Shown here: positions 39,091 to 52,823 of the stretch, in pieces | Numbering within the stretch: position 1 is the stretch's first letter | Layout of the letters: each line of letters starts with the position of its first letter | Source of the DNA: Camelus ferus | Lineage: Eukaryota | DNA: 64,000 nt | Reading direction: 5' to 3' | NCBI RefSeq assembly: GCF_009834535.1 | Contig: NC_045697.1 | Span: 47,060,001-47,124,000 of the forward strand | Notes under the pieces: generated by a model | Databases searched by the model: none | What the model was told of the DNA's origin: nothing | What the model saw: only the letters and a program-made list of their open reading frames with translations | Made by a program: the position numbers and the translations under genes

Positions 39091-40757
39091 CCATGATCAT
39101 TGAATTTGAAGTTGAACAGATGATAACGATGAAGTTGATTGTTGGTTTTGAAGGTGAACAGAGTGTAGGTCTAAATTCTCATGGAACAAGAGTAGATCCT
39201 CTACTGGAGATACTCTTCCAGGTGCTCTTCCAGTTCAGCTTTTGCCCTCTCTTCTTTAAGCTGCCAAGAGGGACGAGGACAGATTTTGAATATAAGGAAA
39301 TGTTTTTTATGTCACAGCTGTTCTGCCAGTACTCTGTTAGTTGAAAGGAGCATACCAAGATTGTGTCTCTTCACTCAATTAATCAGGTTATACTGGGTTT
39401 CACAAAATGAAAAGGTATTGGCTGTCAAACAGTCCTGTGGTTAAATGTGTTTCCTCATATTCCTGCATCTCCCTGCCCCCAAGATAAATAGTCTTTATAG
39501 TTGCTGCTTCTACAGGATAAAGTCTGAAATTCATGATACGAGATCCACTTTATTCTTGATGATCGTTTGATAGTGTGAGACACTGCTGTGTTTATAGCAT
39601 GGGAAAATGAGAACCATAGTGACGACTGCAAATTCAGTATTCGGGTTATACATTAGTGCTTACTAATGATGATTCTGAATCAGTGATGGTTAAAGACTTT
39701 AGTTTATACAAAAGATTAGATTTTGCAAGAGAAATGCAAGAGCATTTTAATCTTTAGTCATGATGTCACCTTTCAATAATCAGTTGTCCGCAGCTGGAGA
39801 AACGCTTCACAAAATTAAGGAAGGAGCTGGAAGGGACTTGCGTCCGAATCTAATACACCTCCCTTGTTTTAGAGATGGAGAAATTGAAGCCAGAGGGGTT
39901 AAGTGACTTGCTTATGATCCCAGAGCTAATTTGTTGTCCAGGGTGGGAGTGAAGGGACCCGGAGCCTCCTGACTTCTGGTCATTGCGGAACACTTGCACT
40001 GACCTGTGCTGCCAACACTACTTAAACTCAAACCAGTTAGGGCGAATTGAAAGAGGGCAGTTAGTACTGATATGAAAAGTAAACACTTGTTGTTCCTAAA
40101 AAGTGTAAACTTACTCCACCTGAAAACCAGTTTGGTTTCAAAACAACCACAGCTAAGTTGATACAGCATGCCTGTCTTAAAGGAGATTTCCAGTGAATCA
40201 ATTTGTATTTATTCTGCTTCTCTCAAGTCCATTTAACTTTGTTATTTGCATGAAATGAGTACTAAAAAGGTGTTTTAAGTTTGTGTCTACCCTTAACACT
40301 TAGCAAGTTTTCAGAGACCTATTACTGAAAGTCAGAGTACGCTAGCTAATGCCCAGTTTTAATCTGTACATTCGTTACTGTAGACATTTAGCATCTAATC
40401 TGAGCAAGATGCTGTGCTTGGAACAGTGGTGTCATAAAGATAAATGGTACCAGCCATCTGGAGTTAATAAGCTGGAGGATGAGATGGAATTTATACATAA
40501 ATAACTCTAATCGAGGAAGGAAATGGTAAATATAATAGAGGTGAGCAAGAAAAAACTAAGCTCTCAGGATTGATAGAGGTGTGGAAAGATTAAATGATGT
40601 ATCAAACTTAAAATGGCAAAAATGGGGTTAAGGGCTTAAAGTTGCAAGTGTTAGATAACCCAGAAAATTGTCCCTAACCTTTTACATGCTGACAACGAGC
40701 AAACGAGCAAGCAGATATGAATCTGAGCTGCATTTGTGTTTTGTTTTGTTTTTCCAG

Positions 40758-40920
40758 TTTGTTTATTTTATCTAATGAGACAGTAAACATCTGGAGTCAT
40801 TTGCTGGGTTTCTTTCTCTTCTTCACTCTGGGAATATATGACATGACATCTGTGTTACCTTCAGCAAGTGCGTCCAGAGAAGATTTTGTAATTTGTTCTA
40901 TTTGTCTGTTCTGCTTCCAG
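40758..40920 (+). CDS. PAQR3: PAQR3 coding exon 2
   Basis: Acceptor ttttttccag|, donor CAG|GTAAGT; (S)LFILSNETVNIWSHLLGFF...CLFCFQ containing the PAQR ExxxNxxxH motif; 163 nt restores frame. Confidence 0.97.
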
Positions 40921-43280
40921 GTAAGTCATTCCACAAACACTACTATTGGTACAGAGAACTTTAGTCAGACAAGCTGGGGCAGGTGCCCTTCACACTCACC
41001 ACTTGCTTTCAAGAGCCACAAAGTAGCATATAGGTTAGCATATTCACTTTCATAATATTCACTTTTATACAAGCACCAAAAGTATGCTTTTATGAGAGTA
41101 TATTTGGATGTTATTAGAGTATATTTGTAATCCAGTAAGTTTTAAGGATTGAGAAAACACCCTTTCTTTTTTTAGACCTCTCTACTTTAAGAGTAGTACG
41201 TAAAGATAAGAATCTCTGATTGTACTGTTTGCTTACTGAAGTAGAACACTGTTGCCTACTTAAAACCTACCTGGGAAGATTTCTCATCTTATTCCTGTTT
41301 ATATGTCTGTGACTTTTATGTTTGTTGTTTCCATACCATCTTAATTTTAATGTCTTTTGCTGCTATTCATCTTTTCTGTCACCTTAATGTTAATTTCCTT
41401 TCGTCCTTTTACACTTGCCTAGTTTCATGTACTTTCAGTTTCTCCTCCTCTCTGCCTCTTATATTTGTTAGCTCCTCAGCGCTTTCATTTTTCTTCAAGG
41501 ATTTTTAAAAGTTCCTTTAAAAGTTATGTTTAATAATTTTTCAAACAGGTAATTCTAAAGAAGGAAACAAATGTGGACCAAAATCTGGTTGATTTAAAAA
41601 AATTTTTTAAATGCAGAGAGTACCCAGAAAACCCATAAAAGTGAAAAGAAAAGCTGTCATCCCCTTCCTCCAAACAAAAGCCAGCACTCCCTGTAGCAAA
41701 TCTATAGCAAATCTGAGAGAGGAAGGGCTAAGTCAGCTGCACAGTGTTGCTTGTTGCTTTCCTTGTGTGTCAGTTTCAGACCTTTATCATTTGACTCAAA
41801 ACTTTGGACTTAAATGACCAAGAAACACATTGGAAACATCTCCCTCCCCTTTCTTCTAATTCTGGTTTCTAGAATAATATTTTTAATTTCTTTGAGAGAA
41901 CAAAAACTATGTATTTTTTTGTGTGTGTTACAATTAGAAAATTATTCTTTAAGTATTTTTTATAGTATGAAGAGTGTACATGGTACTTTAAAAGAGTCTC
42001 AGGCTTAATTTTCTTCCTGATTGGAGCCTCAACATCTCTTAGAATCTATCTGCATTTTTAAAATGGAAATGAATCAATTTCTTCATAGTTAAATCTTTAG
42101 ATGTATTTTATAGACTGCTCTTAACAGTCATTAATAGAAAAACAGGTTTATACTCTACTGTTAGTTACATGGATATCATCTCCTTTGAGGATCTCACATG
42201 CTTTCCTCTGCCCCTAGGCCTGCCCTTCACCACCTCACCACCTAGCCACAGCTGGTGTTAGTTCAGGGAGCACATTAATTTTCATAGTGGTTTAAGAAAG
42301 CTGAGAAGATGAAGTGATTAAAACAGATGCCACTGAAGAAACACCCAAAGTGTTAGAGTGACTTGCTGAGGATTGATCAGCAAGACAGTAAAATCTTGTT
42401 CTAACTGCTAGTATGCAACCTGCTAAAGACAAATGACCACATTTTCTCTACTGAAAAATACAATTTATGTTGTTTTTATTTTTATATTATATTTATCTCT
42501 TGTTTACCCAACTTTCCCAAATTCGTAGAGTCAGCAGGCAGCATGGTAAACCACAAATAGATGTATTTATTTTGATTTACACTTAATTTTTTAAAAGCAT
42601 AGCATATTTTCTCTTTTCACTTCTATTCTTTTTATATGCTTGGTACTTTTCTACCAACCAGATTAACTTTCTGAATAGTGGGTTGTAATTTCAGGGGCTT
42701 TGAACTTTCCCAGAGTTCTTTTCTATCTTAGAGAAGAACAGAATCTGAGAATGCCTTTCCTTGGATTGAGTTTATAAACATTCATTTCAACAATTTTTTT
42801 TAATATTTCCTATTTATATCCAGGCACTAAGCTAGGCATCGAGGATACGCTGCTGAACAAAACCAGCCTGTCATAAAGATCAGGTCACCCAGATAGGCCA
42901 GCAGAAAGAAGAATGAGGCAGGACGTTTAAACAGAAAAAAGGGTTTGTTTTAAGGCCCAGAAACAAGGGACAGCTTAGCACTTTCTGGCCTTTAGGTGTT
43001 TGTAGTGTGATGCTAGGAAAATGGAGCAAGAGGAGGCTGGAGACATAGGCAGAAGCCAGATCTTGAGGTATTTGGTTACGATGGCAAGGAGCTTGGATAT
43101 AAGATGTCATACTATAATCATCTGTCTACCTTGATGTAGTAAGGTATTTCACAGAAACAAACTCTCCAGAAAACGGTAACATACTCAATATGCCAGATAA
43201 TTTGTCAGTCAGTTTTTTAAGCAACTCTAACAACATATCCCTTTTAAAACAGAGCATACTAAGTATAGGTTAACTTTTTT

Positions 43281-44744
43281 TTTCCAGTTGAATGAAAGAT
43301 CCTTTAAATTCTATAGTGCTTTACAATTTTCAGAAGTTTCACTCACATGATTTCATATAATCCCATAATAAACCTATTCCTTCTACCCCTGTGTTACCCC
43401 TCCCCCATTCCCCCTTCCCACTGATTACTATTTTTATTTACTAGTTTGTTGTATTTTTTAGATTCCACATATAAGTGATGTCATACAGGATTTCTCTTTC
43501 TCTGACTTATTTCACTTAGCATAATGCCCTCCAAGTTCATCCATGTTATTGCATATAGCAAAATTTCATTCTTTTTTACAGCTGAATAGTACTCCATTGT
43601 GTGTGTGTGTGTGTGTGTGTGTACACACACCATATCTTTATCCACTCATCTGTTGATGGACACTTAGGTTGTCTTCCATACCTTGGCAATTGTTACATAA
43701 TGCTGCTATGAACATTGGAGTGCATGTATCTCTTTGAATTTATATTTTTACTCTTTTTGGGCATATACCCAGGAGTGGAATTGCTGGGTTATATAGTAGT
43801 TCTATTTTTAATTTTTTGAGGAAACTCCATACTGTCTTCTATAGTAACTGCACCAATTTACATTCCCACCACCACTGTATGAAGGTTCTCTTTTCTCCAC
43901 ATCCTCGCCAATACTTGTTATTTGTGTTCTTTTTTGATGATAGTCATTCTGACAGGTGTGAGGTGACAGCTCAGTGTGATTTTGATTTTCGTTTCCCTGA
44001 TGAATGGCAATGTTGAGCATCTTTTCACGTGTCTGTTGGCCATCTGCATTTCCTCTTTGGAAAAGTGTCTGTTCAGTTCTGCTCATTTTTTAATTGATTT
44101 GCTCATTTTTTTGATGTTGAGTTATGTGAGCTGTTTATGTATGTTAGATATCAACCCCTTATCGGTCATATCATTTGCAAATATCTTCTCCCATTCAGTA
44201 GGTCGTCTTTTCATTTTTTTTTTATTGTTTTCTTTTGCTGTGCAAAAACTTTGAAATTTAATTAGGTCACATTTGTTTACTTTTACTTTTGTTTCCTTTG
44301 TTTAAGGAGATGGATCCAAAATAATATTGCTGTGATTCATGTCAAAGAGTGTTCTCACTGTGTTTTCCTCTAGGACTTTTATAGTATCCAGTCTTACAAT
44401 TAGGTCTTTAATCCATTTTGAGTTTATTTTTGTATGTGGTGTTAGAGAATGTTCTAATTTCATTCTTTTGCATGTAACTGCCCAGTTTTCCCAGCACCAC
44501 TTATTGAAGAGACTGTCTTTTCTCCATTGTGCATTCTTGCCTCCTTTGTCATAGATTAATTGACCATAAGTGCATGAGTTTATTTCTAGACTTTCTGTTC
44601 TGTTCCGTTGATCTATGTGTCTGTTTTCTGCCTGTACCATACTATTTTGATTACCATAGCTTTGTAATACAGTCTGAGGTTAAGGAGCATGATTCCTGTT
44701 CTTTCTGAAGATTGTTTTGGCTATTTGGAGTCTTTTGTGTTTCC
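43281..44744 (-). mobile_element. 5'-truncated L1 in intron 2, antisense to PAQR3
   Basis: ORF 44302-44640 gives [29 protein letters not shown] (L1 ORF2p); 16-bp TSD ATAGGTTAACTTTTTT at 43265-43280 and 44745-44760; internal (TG)n near 43600. Confidence 0.93.
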
Positions 44745-46744
44745 ATAGGTTAACTTTTTTAAAGCTCAAATGTTCTTTATGAACACTAAATATTTTACTT
44801 TTGATAGCTTAGTTTTTCACTTTCCACTTTTATTTTCCTTTTCACAATGAAATTAGTTTTATTGTTGTTTCTTACTATTACTATACTTATATAGAAATTC
44901 AAGCAAAAAAAGTATTTGGAAGAAAGTGAAAGACATTTGAAATTACACTTCCACATTTGACATTTGGATTAGAATCCCTCCAGACGTTTGTGTATGCACA
45001 GCTGGCTCACACTTGCCTGCCTACATTCCTATGTACCTTTTTATCTGCTGTGGTCATCTCTGCTTGCTATTTTGTGTCACCCAACATTGTAACAATGAGG
45101 TCTTTCCCTGTAATGAGAACATACACCTTGATGTTCTCTGGATTTACTGTGTTTAATCTCAAAGATAATCACAGAAAACAAATAACCAAGCTTCTTAGAG
45201 TTATGTGTAATTGGGTCTGTAAACTCTGATTTGTAGCTTAATAACCAAAGCCACAGACCAATAAGGATTTTAGATAGTGGATGAAGAAATGAGATTGTGG
45301 CTAGGAAGCTTGTTTTGAATATTGATATTGAGGCCGTGGGGACTGATTGGGTTTCTTCTAGGCCAAGCTGTAGAATAGCTGGGTGACCATTTACCTGTCC
45401 CGTTTTCCCCATTCCCCACTGTCCCTGGTGTAGTGTAGGCTCTAGGCATTGCTTCCCAGGGCTACTCCTGTACCCTCTCGCCTTAGCTTTTTGAAAGGTG
45501 CACTTAACCTCTTCAGTAGTAGCACACATAGCCCATAACAGTGAAGCTAAAACTCCTTGTTTGAGGACTTGTCATAATCATATCATGAAGAAGTCCACAT
45601 GACATTCCTTAGTGGTTCTGTTTTTCAATATGCTGCTTTTCCTGGGGGCCCTCCAGCAAACCTGTGCACACCTTTATTTATATCTTTGATGGATGCCAGG
45701 TCAACCTCAGTCCAGCTCAGGTGGCACCCCTTCTGTGCAGTGTGAAGCTCTTTTCCTCCCACCACTCCCATCCCTCTAAGTACACATGTGCACCCACAGA
45801 CCCCGTCCCCTCCCTCCTCTATTTTCTAACTGCGCTCTGCAGTGACTTTTCCTATGGGGCTTCCGACATCACCATTTGTTCACTTGTTTCAGAAAAATCT
45901 CTTTGAGAGTAGAGGTTTCATCTTTGTGTCCCCAGCACATGACACACAGCAGGTATTTAATGACTAGAGGGAGTTCAGCCATAGAAACCTTATCAATCTT
46001 CAGGGCAGCTGATTGAATCAGATTAGCTTTGCTCTCAGTTTGGCAACATCTAAAGTCAGCATAAGTCATAATTATTTTTCCTTGAATACAACAAAGCCAT
46101 GTTTAACTTTAACTTAAAAATGAACTCTATACAATGAGTCTCATACAGATGTTAAGTCTTGAATTAAGTGAAAAATGTAAATAGCAGAACAAAATGTATG
46201 ATTCCATTTGATTAATTTTAAAAAGTATGTATCATATTTTCATGTATGTGTGTAGACTTCTGTATCATAGATGTTTGATATGTTCATTGAAAGTATCTGA
46301 AAGGACACATAAAAAATGTTTTCAGTGGGGAATAGATTGACTAGGAGGGACTTTTTTTTTACATCATACATTTCCATGTTCTTTGATTTTTTTTTTAAAG
46401 ACATGTATTACTTCTATAGTAAGTAGTTTTAAAAAGGAAACATTCATGAATCAAAATAATTCTCAGTAGATTTCCTACTACTATGCTATTCATCTAAGTT
46501 TTTGTATTATAAAATAGCTATCATTTTAGACTTTTTTCTTTATGATTTTTATCCTGATTTTACTGTTGAGGAAACTGAGGCTTAGGGAAATGGCATAACT
46601 TGCCTGACACAAAGTTAGGATCCAAGGCCAGGTCTGTTTGGCTGAAAAGCCTGGGCTTGACCTAACCACTTCCCTGAACATCATGCATGAGTTACTTTAA
46701 TTTTTTTTGTTTCACTTTTGTAAGATTTGTTTTATCTTCCATAG

Positions 46745-46900
46745 GTCTGTATGCTTTGCTCTGTGGGCTATCATCTTTTTTCCTGCCATCGATCAGAAAA
46801 AACCTGTCGAAGATGGATGGCATTAGATTATGCAGGAATTTCTATTGGAATACTGGGCTGTTATGTCTCTGGAGTATTTTATGCATTTTATTGTAATAAT
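46745..46900 (+). CDS. PAQR3: PAQR3 coding exon 3
   Basis: Acceptor cttccatag|, donor AAT|GTAAGT; VCMLCSVGYHLFSCHRSEKTCRRWMALDYAGISIG...YCNN with SxxxH and DY motifs; 156 nt, phase 0-0. Confidence 0.97.
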
Positions 46901-49129
46901 GTAAGTAACAGAACATTTTACATTCTATCTTTCATATAGGTCTTGGGTTTTCTTGCCATGGTTCCTTTGAACTTATGAATAAGCACATAATTAACTTGTA
47001 TAAGAAGTGGTAGAGTCTTAGGTAGGCATAAACTCATTTTTCAAAAGGGCCCTATGATCTCTAACATCTGTTATGAGTTTTACTCATTTTACTAATTTTC
47101 CGTAGAAAAGAAATACATATGTGTATATATAGTTATTTTCTGATATTTAACTTAGTGATATTAAATTAGTAACATTTCCCCCACTAAATCTGTATAGCTA
47201 CATGGTTCCTCAGGTGTGCATTACATCTTTTCTTTTTATATTTATAGACTTAAAGTTAACACTTGATAAAGTTATGAAGCTGGCTGCTTTTTTCCATTTT
47301 TCCCTCTTATCCTTTGCTCCTCTCTCAGTGGTAGAAAAAAAAAAAAAAGGAAGGTTTATCTGTGAGGGTGTTGATCCATATTTTTATACAAAAAATACAT
47401 TTTCCTTTCCTTAGTCTTATATTTGGAGGCAGGCCTAGAGACAGACCAAGTGGCCGGTGAGTGTCTTTAATAAACATTTGTCTGAGTTCTAGATTAACTG
47501 TTTTCTGACCCTAAAGTTGCAAAAGTCATTTTTGGCCTTGTGCAAAGCAGCATTTGAAATACTGTGATCAGGTTATACAGCAGCTGATCTAAATATGATG
47601 GCCAACCAAACTACCTCATCACCCCATGACTCAGCCAAGAAGGCAAACTGACTCTTCCCTTGGGCTCAGTACATCTCCAGGCCTTCTGTTCAGAAAGTCC
47701 CCATCAACCCTACCTTTTTCTACTGCTCTCCTACCATACCCCCTTTTTTTCCCCCTTTTATCCTTTTAGTTCCCGCTCTTTCAGAGCCAAGATTGAGCTG
47801 CTCTCCTAGGAGTGGTATACCTTCTAGTCACTTCCAGTAACAGGACTAGAGCCTGTCCTGCCCGAGCCCTCCCTGTGCAGCAGGTGATCCAAGCCATATC
47901 CCTAGCCTTCACTTCCCGGGAGGACTGGCTGCAGCACGGGATTCCTCTGACTGTTGGGAGTTCTTATGTAGGATGTTTGTTGCAACACAATAATAGAACT
48001 GTCCACACTGTTGGAGCGTAAAACTCACAAAGCAAAAAATCATAAATTTGGTTTGAACATAAGAACGTTATTAATTGTAATCACTTATACATGAGCCATT
48101 TGCTTTTTAGGCCTGATTACTTTGGAAGATAAGCATATAATTAAATATATATGCAATTAGCCTTCTTGTAAATTGATTTGATTTTAGTAATAAACTCTAT
48201 TTATATCTGCTTACCTTTCACAACTTATTCATTTTGCATGAAACTGTTTACATCTTAAAAAAAAAAAGGAACTTGTTGAGTACAGTCATGTAATATTTGA
48301 ATTGTTTGCTTATCTTATTCTATATTTCCCTGAAACCTGTTTTTTGTTTACCTCTTCCCAAACATATCTGATAATCAGAGAGACTAATGGGACACTTTTT
48401 GTAAATCTCTTTTCAGAAAAACTACAAGTCCAAAGTAGATTAAAGAAAAAAAGAGAACTGTTAGAGCTAATACAATCCATGATCATTTAAAGGAAAAATT
48501 GGTTTTTTTCCCTCTGGTATCTAATCATTTCCAGATATTCAGGTACTGTAGTGACTCTTTACCTTTTAAGGAACACAGGCTAATTTGAGAATGAGATTGA
48601 AAACTGGACCGTCTATCCTGGGTAGTGTGCTTTGGGGCATAAACTGACCAATCTGACATACTGAATTTCAGGAAGTGTAATAGTCCCAGAGAAGTCCTTG
48701 ATAGCCCAGGTTAAGGACTCTGCCCTAGGTGATGCTAACTTTTGAGAGTCAAGGCCAGCTTTTCAACCACTCATTTACTTAAATATTATGTGAGTCTTTC
48801 AAACTTAGTATATTTTTAAATGAACATTCTTCTGTGCTTTCCCATTCTCTCCCCAACACACACACACACATAACACACCCCCATAGATCATCTTTGTCCG
48901 TTTGCTGCATTGATAGAAGCCATCTTTGTGGCTTCTCACACTAGAAACAGTTGAGTCATCCTCTACTGCCCTTTCACACATCCAGTCAGCCATTAAGACT
49001 TTAGTTTATTTCAAAAATGTGTCTTGAATCTGGTGCTCACATCTGTCTTCCTTGTTCAACAAGCGTCCAAGCTCCTGTTTTCTCCTTGAATCAATTATCC
49101 TGATATCGTCTACCTGGCCTCCTGTCACC

Positions 49130-49261
49130 TTTTTTTTTTTTTTCGGTGGGGGAGGTAGTTAGGTTTGCTTAATTGTTTTTAGAGGAGGTACTGGGGATTG
49201 AACCCAGGACCCTGTATATGCTAAGCATGCACTCTACACTTGAGCTGTACCCTCCCCCCCC
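49130..49261 (-). mobile_element. tRNA-derived SINE (camelid VIC-like)
   Basis: Reverse strand reads GGGGAGGGTACAGCTCAAGTGTAGAG...GGGTTCAATCCCCAGTACCTCC (A and B boxes), then a short tail and poly-A. Confidence 0.85.
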
Positions 49262-49699
49262 TATTTTTTAACACTGATGTCAGAGTTATTCTAATAAGTC
49301 AGTTACAGCACTTACTATTAGATCATAATCATTTGTTTATATGTCTGCCTCTCTCATAGCTCATGAGCTTACCCACATGAGAGAGCCCAGGTCATAGTCA
49401 TCTTTGTTTCTACAGGACTTAAGTTGCCCCTGGCATATCATAGGTACTCAGGAAATGGTTTTGTATGAATGGATGTGTTCTTTGTCAGCTCGCTTTGGGA
49501 TCTAGCCTATCATCCTAAGAAACCTCACGGTTGTATACCACACACATTATTGTAAGGAAGGAAGGCAATCATGTTTGGAAATGAAAATACCAAATAAATA
49601 GAGCTTGGAGTGTGTAATGTAGAAGCCAAAATTAAAAATAACTCTCTTCCTTCCCATTATTGTTGGTAACGATTAAAATGTGATTTCCTTTCCTTCCAG

Positions 49700-49897
49700 T
49701 ATTGGCGTCAAGTGTACTTGATCACAGTGCTTGCAATGATCCTGGCAGTGTTCTTCGCGCAGATTCATCCCAGTTACCTCACACAGCAGTGGCAGAGGCT
49801 CCGTTCCATCATCTTTTGCTCCGTTTCCGGATATGGAGTGATCCCTACTCTTCACTGGGTTTGGCTCAATGGAGGAATCGGTGCTCCTATTGTACAA
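49700..49897 (+). CDS. PAQR3: PAQR3 coding exon 4
   Basis: Acceptor tttccttccag|, donor CAA|GTAGGT; YWRQVYLITVLAMILAVFFAQIHP...GYGVIPTLHWVWLNGGIGAPIVQ; 198 nt, phase 0-0. Confidence 0.97.
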
Positions 49898-50189
49898 GTA
49901 GGTTCAGTGTGGTCAATATTTTTCCCATTTTTTGGTCTTTTTCAATTTTATTCCCTTTGGTAAAGTAATAATGTAATCAAGGCCAAGTGGGTGGTCTGTC
50001 ATTTGAGAGCATATTTATAATTGCAGAATGATGCAATAATTTTCACATCATAGAAATAAACAAACACACCTTGCATGAATAGTAGTAGTCTGCTGTTTTC
50101 TTCTGAGGTGTATTTCTCTGTGAAATGATCCTTTTGTTTTTTGAGATTTTAGTCAAATTTATTTTAACTTCTGTTTTTACATTACAAAA

Positions 50190-50527
50190 ATTTTTTTTAG
50201 TTGAGGTATAGTCGGTTCATAATGTGTCAATTTCTGGTGTACAGCATAATGTTTTATTCATACATATACATTCATATATTCATTTTCATATTCTTTTTCA
50301 TTATAGATTACTGCAAGATATTGAATATAGTTCCATGTGCTATACAGTATAAACTTGTTGTTTAATTATTTTATACATAATAGTATCCTCAAGTCCTGAA
50401 CTCCGAAAATATCCCTTCCCACCCCCTTTCCCCACTCCCCATAACCATAAGTTTATTTGCTATGTCTGTGAGTCTGTGTCTGTTTTGTAAATAAGTTCAT
50501 TTGTGTTTTTTTTAATAGATTCCACGT
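50190..50527 (-). mobile_element. Young L1 3' tail fragment
   Basis: ttttagttgaggtatag...gatattgaatatagttcc...accataagttt...gattccac; same family as the 26-27 kb L1. Confidence 0.85.
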
Positions 50528-50588
50528 TTTAAACATGTTTTGTGTGTATTTTTTTCCTTTTCTTTTTCTTTTTACTTGAAGAGCTTAG

Positions 50589-50717
50589 TTTTTTTTAAGC
50601 TTTTTGTGGTGGGGGGGTGATTTAGGTTTGTTTGTTTTTAACAGAGGTACTGGGGATTGAACCTAGAACCTTGGGCATGCTAAGCCCATGCTCCACCACT
50701 GAGCTATATACCCTCCC
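50589..50717 (-). mobile_element. tRNA-derived SINE (camelid VIC-like), second copy
   Basis: gaggtactggggattgaacc...atgctaagc...ctgagctatataccctccc, homologous to 49130-49261. Confidence 0.85.
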
Positions 50718-51629
50718 TTTCTGAGATGTAGTTCTCTGTAAAATGACCCATTCTTAATTCTGTCTGTAACCCTTAGCATGTAAATATCCAAGTCCTTACT
50801 GTAGAGGAGGACTCCCAAGTTCCCAGCTTTGTCAGCTGGGTGAGGGATAATGCCAGGGATAACACAACTGTGAAAGTAAGAGCAGTTGATTCGTTTGTTT
50901 AGTTTGTGGAGGAGGAGGAATTGAATTGGGAAGGATTTCTTCTTGGACCTGTTGAGTTTGAGTTACCTGCGGGATGTAAAGCTGGAGATAGGGTCTGAAT
51001 TTAGCTCAGAGTTTGAGACCAGTGATAGTGATTTGAAAATTTTTACTGTCTTGGTAGCTGAAGCCATGTAAGTATATTCCACCTAGCAAGGGAAATACTT
51101 TGGGAAATGAAAGAAGCACTATTACGGTGAGGTACTACAGGGGGACAGTTGGAGTACATTAGGAAGAACCTCAGTGAGAATTCTTCAGCATTCTTGAAAA
51201 GGAGATTAGAAGTAAGACTTAAGTTCTTAGAGATTCATATGATGATGCTCTAAGTGTGTGGTAGAGAGTAAACTTGAGAATTTTTAACATAAGTAATTAT
51301 GCCAAGAAATCTAGCAGAAATCATATACACTTGTTATAGTGGGACTTTTGGGATATTGGAATTTAAAGGCAGGTTTTATTCAAATGAACTAGTATTTTTT
51401 TAGGAAAGGAGGGACTAATAGTATGCTTACATATTACTTGCATCAAGTTGGCAACAACTTGGTAGAAAACATTTGCATATAAGAAAAGACTGGGATGGTG
51501 AGTTGAGTGACATGATCTGGCTGCATTGCCAACTTGAGGACAAGGGTGATGCTTTTGTCATAAGATTAGGAAACTGGGAGAAAGTAACTTCGGTGATCCT
51601 GTGAAAACATCATTTTTATGACAGTTTTG

Positions 51630-52380
51630 ATGCCCTTAGAATAAGTAAGAAAATAGAATGGGGAACTGCCACTCTAGATTTAATCCTAACCAGAAATGAA
51701 TTATTGACATAGAAGTGAAAGAAATTTGGGGATGAGATAAACACATCCTTTTAAGATTATAATGACAAAAAAAGAGAACCTGATCCTTAAAGCCAGTAAT
51801 TTTTAGAGAAATTAAGGGGAAAGGGGGGAATTTTGTATTCAGAAGTCTTAAAATAGAATATGTCTTAGGAAGACAGTGATCCTCTAAGATGGAAATCTAA
51901 TATTATCACAGGTTATTCCAGTGCAGAAGCAAAGGGACACTTTCAGAGAAGTTCTCCAATAAGCTCTAATTTTAAGAAGATAGAGAGGCACTTAACCAAA
52001 GATAAGATGTTCCAAAGAGCTAATCTTGGGAGGTAGGGTGGAGTTGTGTTCTAGAAATTTTGAGAAATCTGAGGTTAATTAGCCTGAGAATGTAGGATTT
52101 GGGGCAAGGGACCCATATAATTCTCAAATATTTGTAGAGGGAAGAGAAGTAATTTGTCTCTATTAAATGGCTTCTTATAAATTAGATTTATAACGGAATT
52201 AGGAACAATGTGTATAAATCACAGCTGGCTGATTTTCTTAGGGCAGGTAAAAGCTTTCCAAGATTGCTGTGAGATGGACTGCTTCATATAGTTAGTGTTT
52301 AAGAGAACCATTTGTTTGGGATGGTGGAACAGATGTCATTGTTGAGCTGAGCCTCTTGGGTCCTCTCCAGCCATAAATTC
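51630..52380 (+). mobile_element. Ancient CR1/L3 LINE fragments
   Basis: ggaactgccactctagatttaatcctaacc...gaagtg resembles the CR1 endonuclease region; gggtcctctccagcc resembles the L3 3' end. Confidence 0.5.
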
Positions 52381-52732
52381 TTCTTTAGTCTCTTTGCTTC
52401 TTCAGCTGGTAAGTCCATCCCCTATGTCTTCCATCCCTGCACCTGTGTTGTAGGTGGCGCTGGGTGCCCCTCCGAGCTCCACATGCTGAAGCTACAGCTG
52501 CTCTAGTGCCCTGACCTCTAGGGCACTCTCTCCGCCCCACGATGGTGCACTGCTCCCTGCGGTCTTGACCGCAAGGTTTCTATCATTAGAGACTATCTAC
52601 AAAAGCAATTCAGATTTAAGACTTAAATCCCACCTATGAATTCTAATTTTAATTTGATGAAGTGATTAGGTTTGTAATGAACTGGGAATTCACAGTAGGG
52701 AGATCGGTGAAAAAATACGTTTTGCTTTTCAG

Positions 52733-52823
52733 GACTTCGCACCGCGTGTGATTGTGATGTATGTGATTGCTCTTCTTGCTTTCCTATTCTACATTTCCAA
52801 AGTTCCAGAAAGGTACTTTCCAG
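52733..52823 (+). CDS. PAQR3: PAQR3 coding exon 5
   Basis: Acceptor ttttgcttttcag|, donor CAG|GTAGGT; DFAPRVIVMYVIALLAFLFYISKVPERYFP(G) with the PER motif; 91 nt. Confidence 0.97.

Noticed and set aside
43808..44640. ORFs of 92-112 aa with protein-like motifs
   Set aside because: Broken L1 ORF2p C-terminal fragments, not a host gene
45077..45529. 150-aa minus-strand ORF in intron 2
   Set aside because: No recognisable homology; length plausible by chance in 64 kb
49185..49261. tRNA-like sequence with A and B boxes (also ~50645-50717)
   Set aside because: Followed by a SINE tail and poly-A and present as diverged copies, so SINEs rather than tRNA genes
52445..52530. CTCF-like motifs (taggtggcgc, gctgctctagtg)
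   Set aside because: Only partial matches to the core; cannot be supported without PWM scoring or ChIP data
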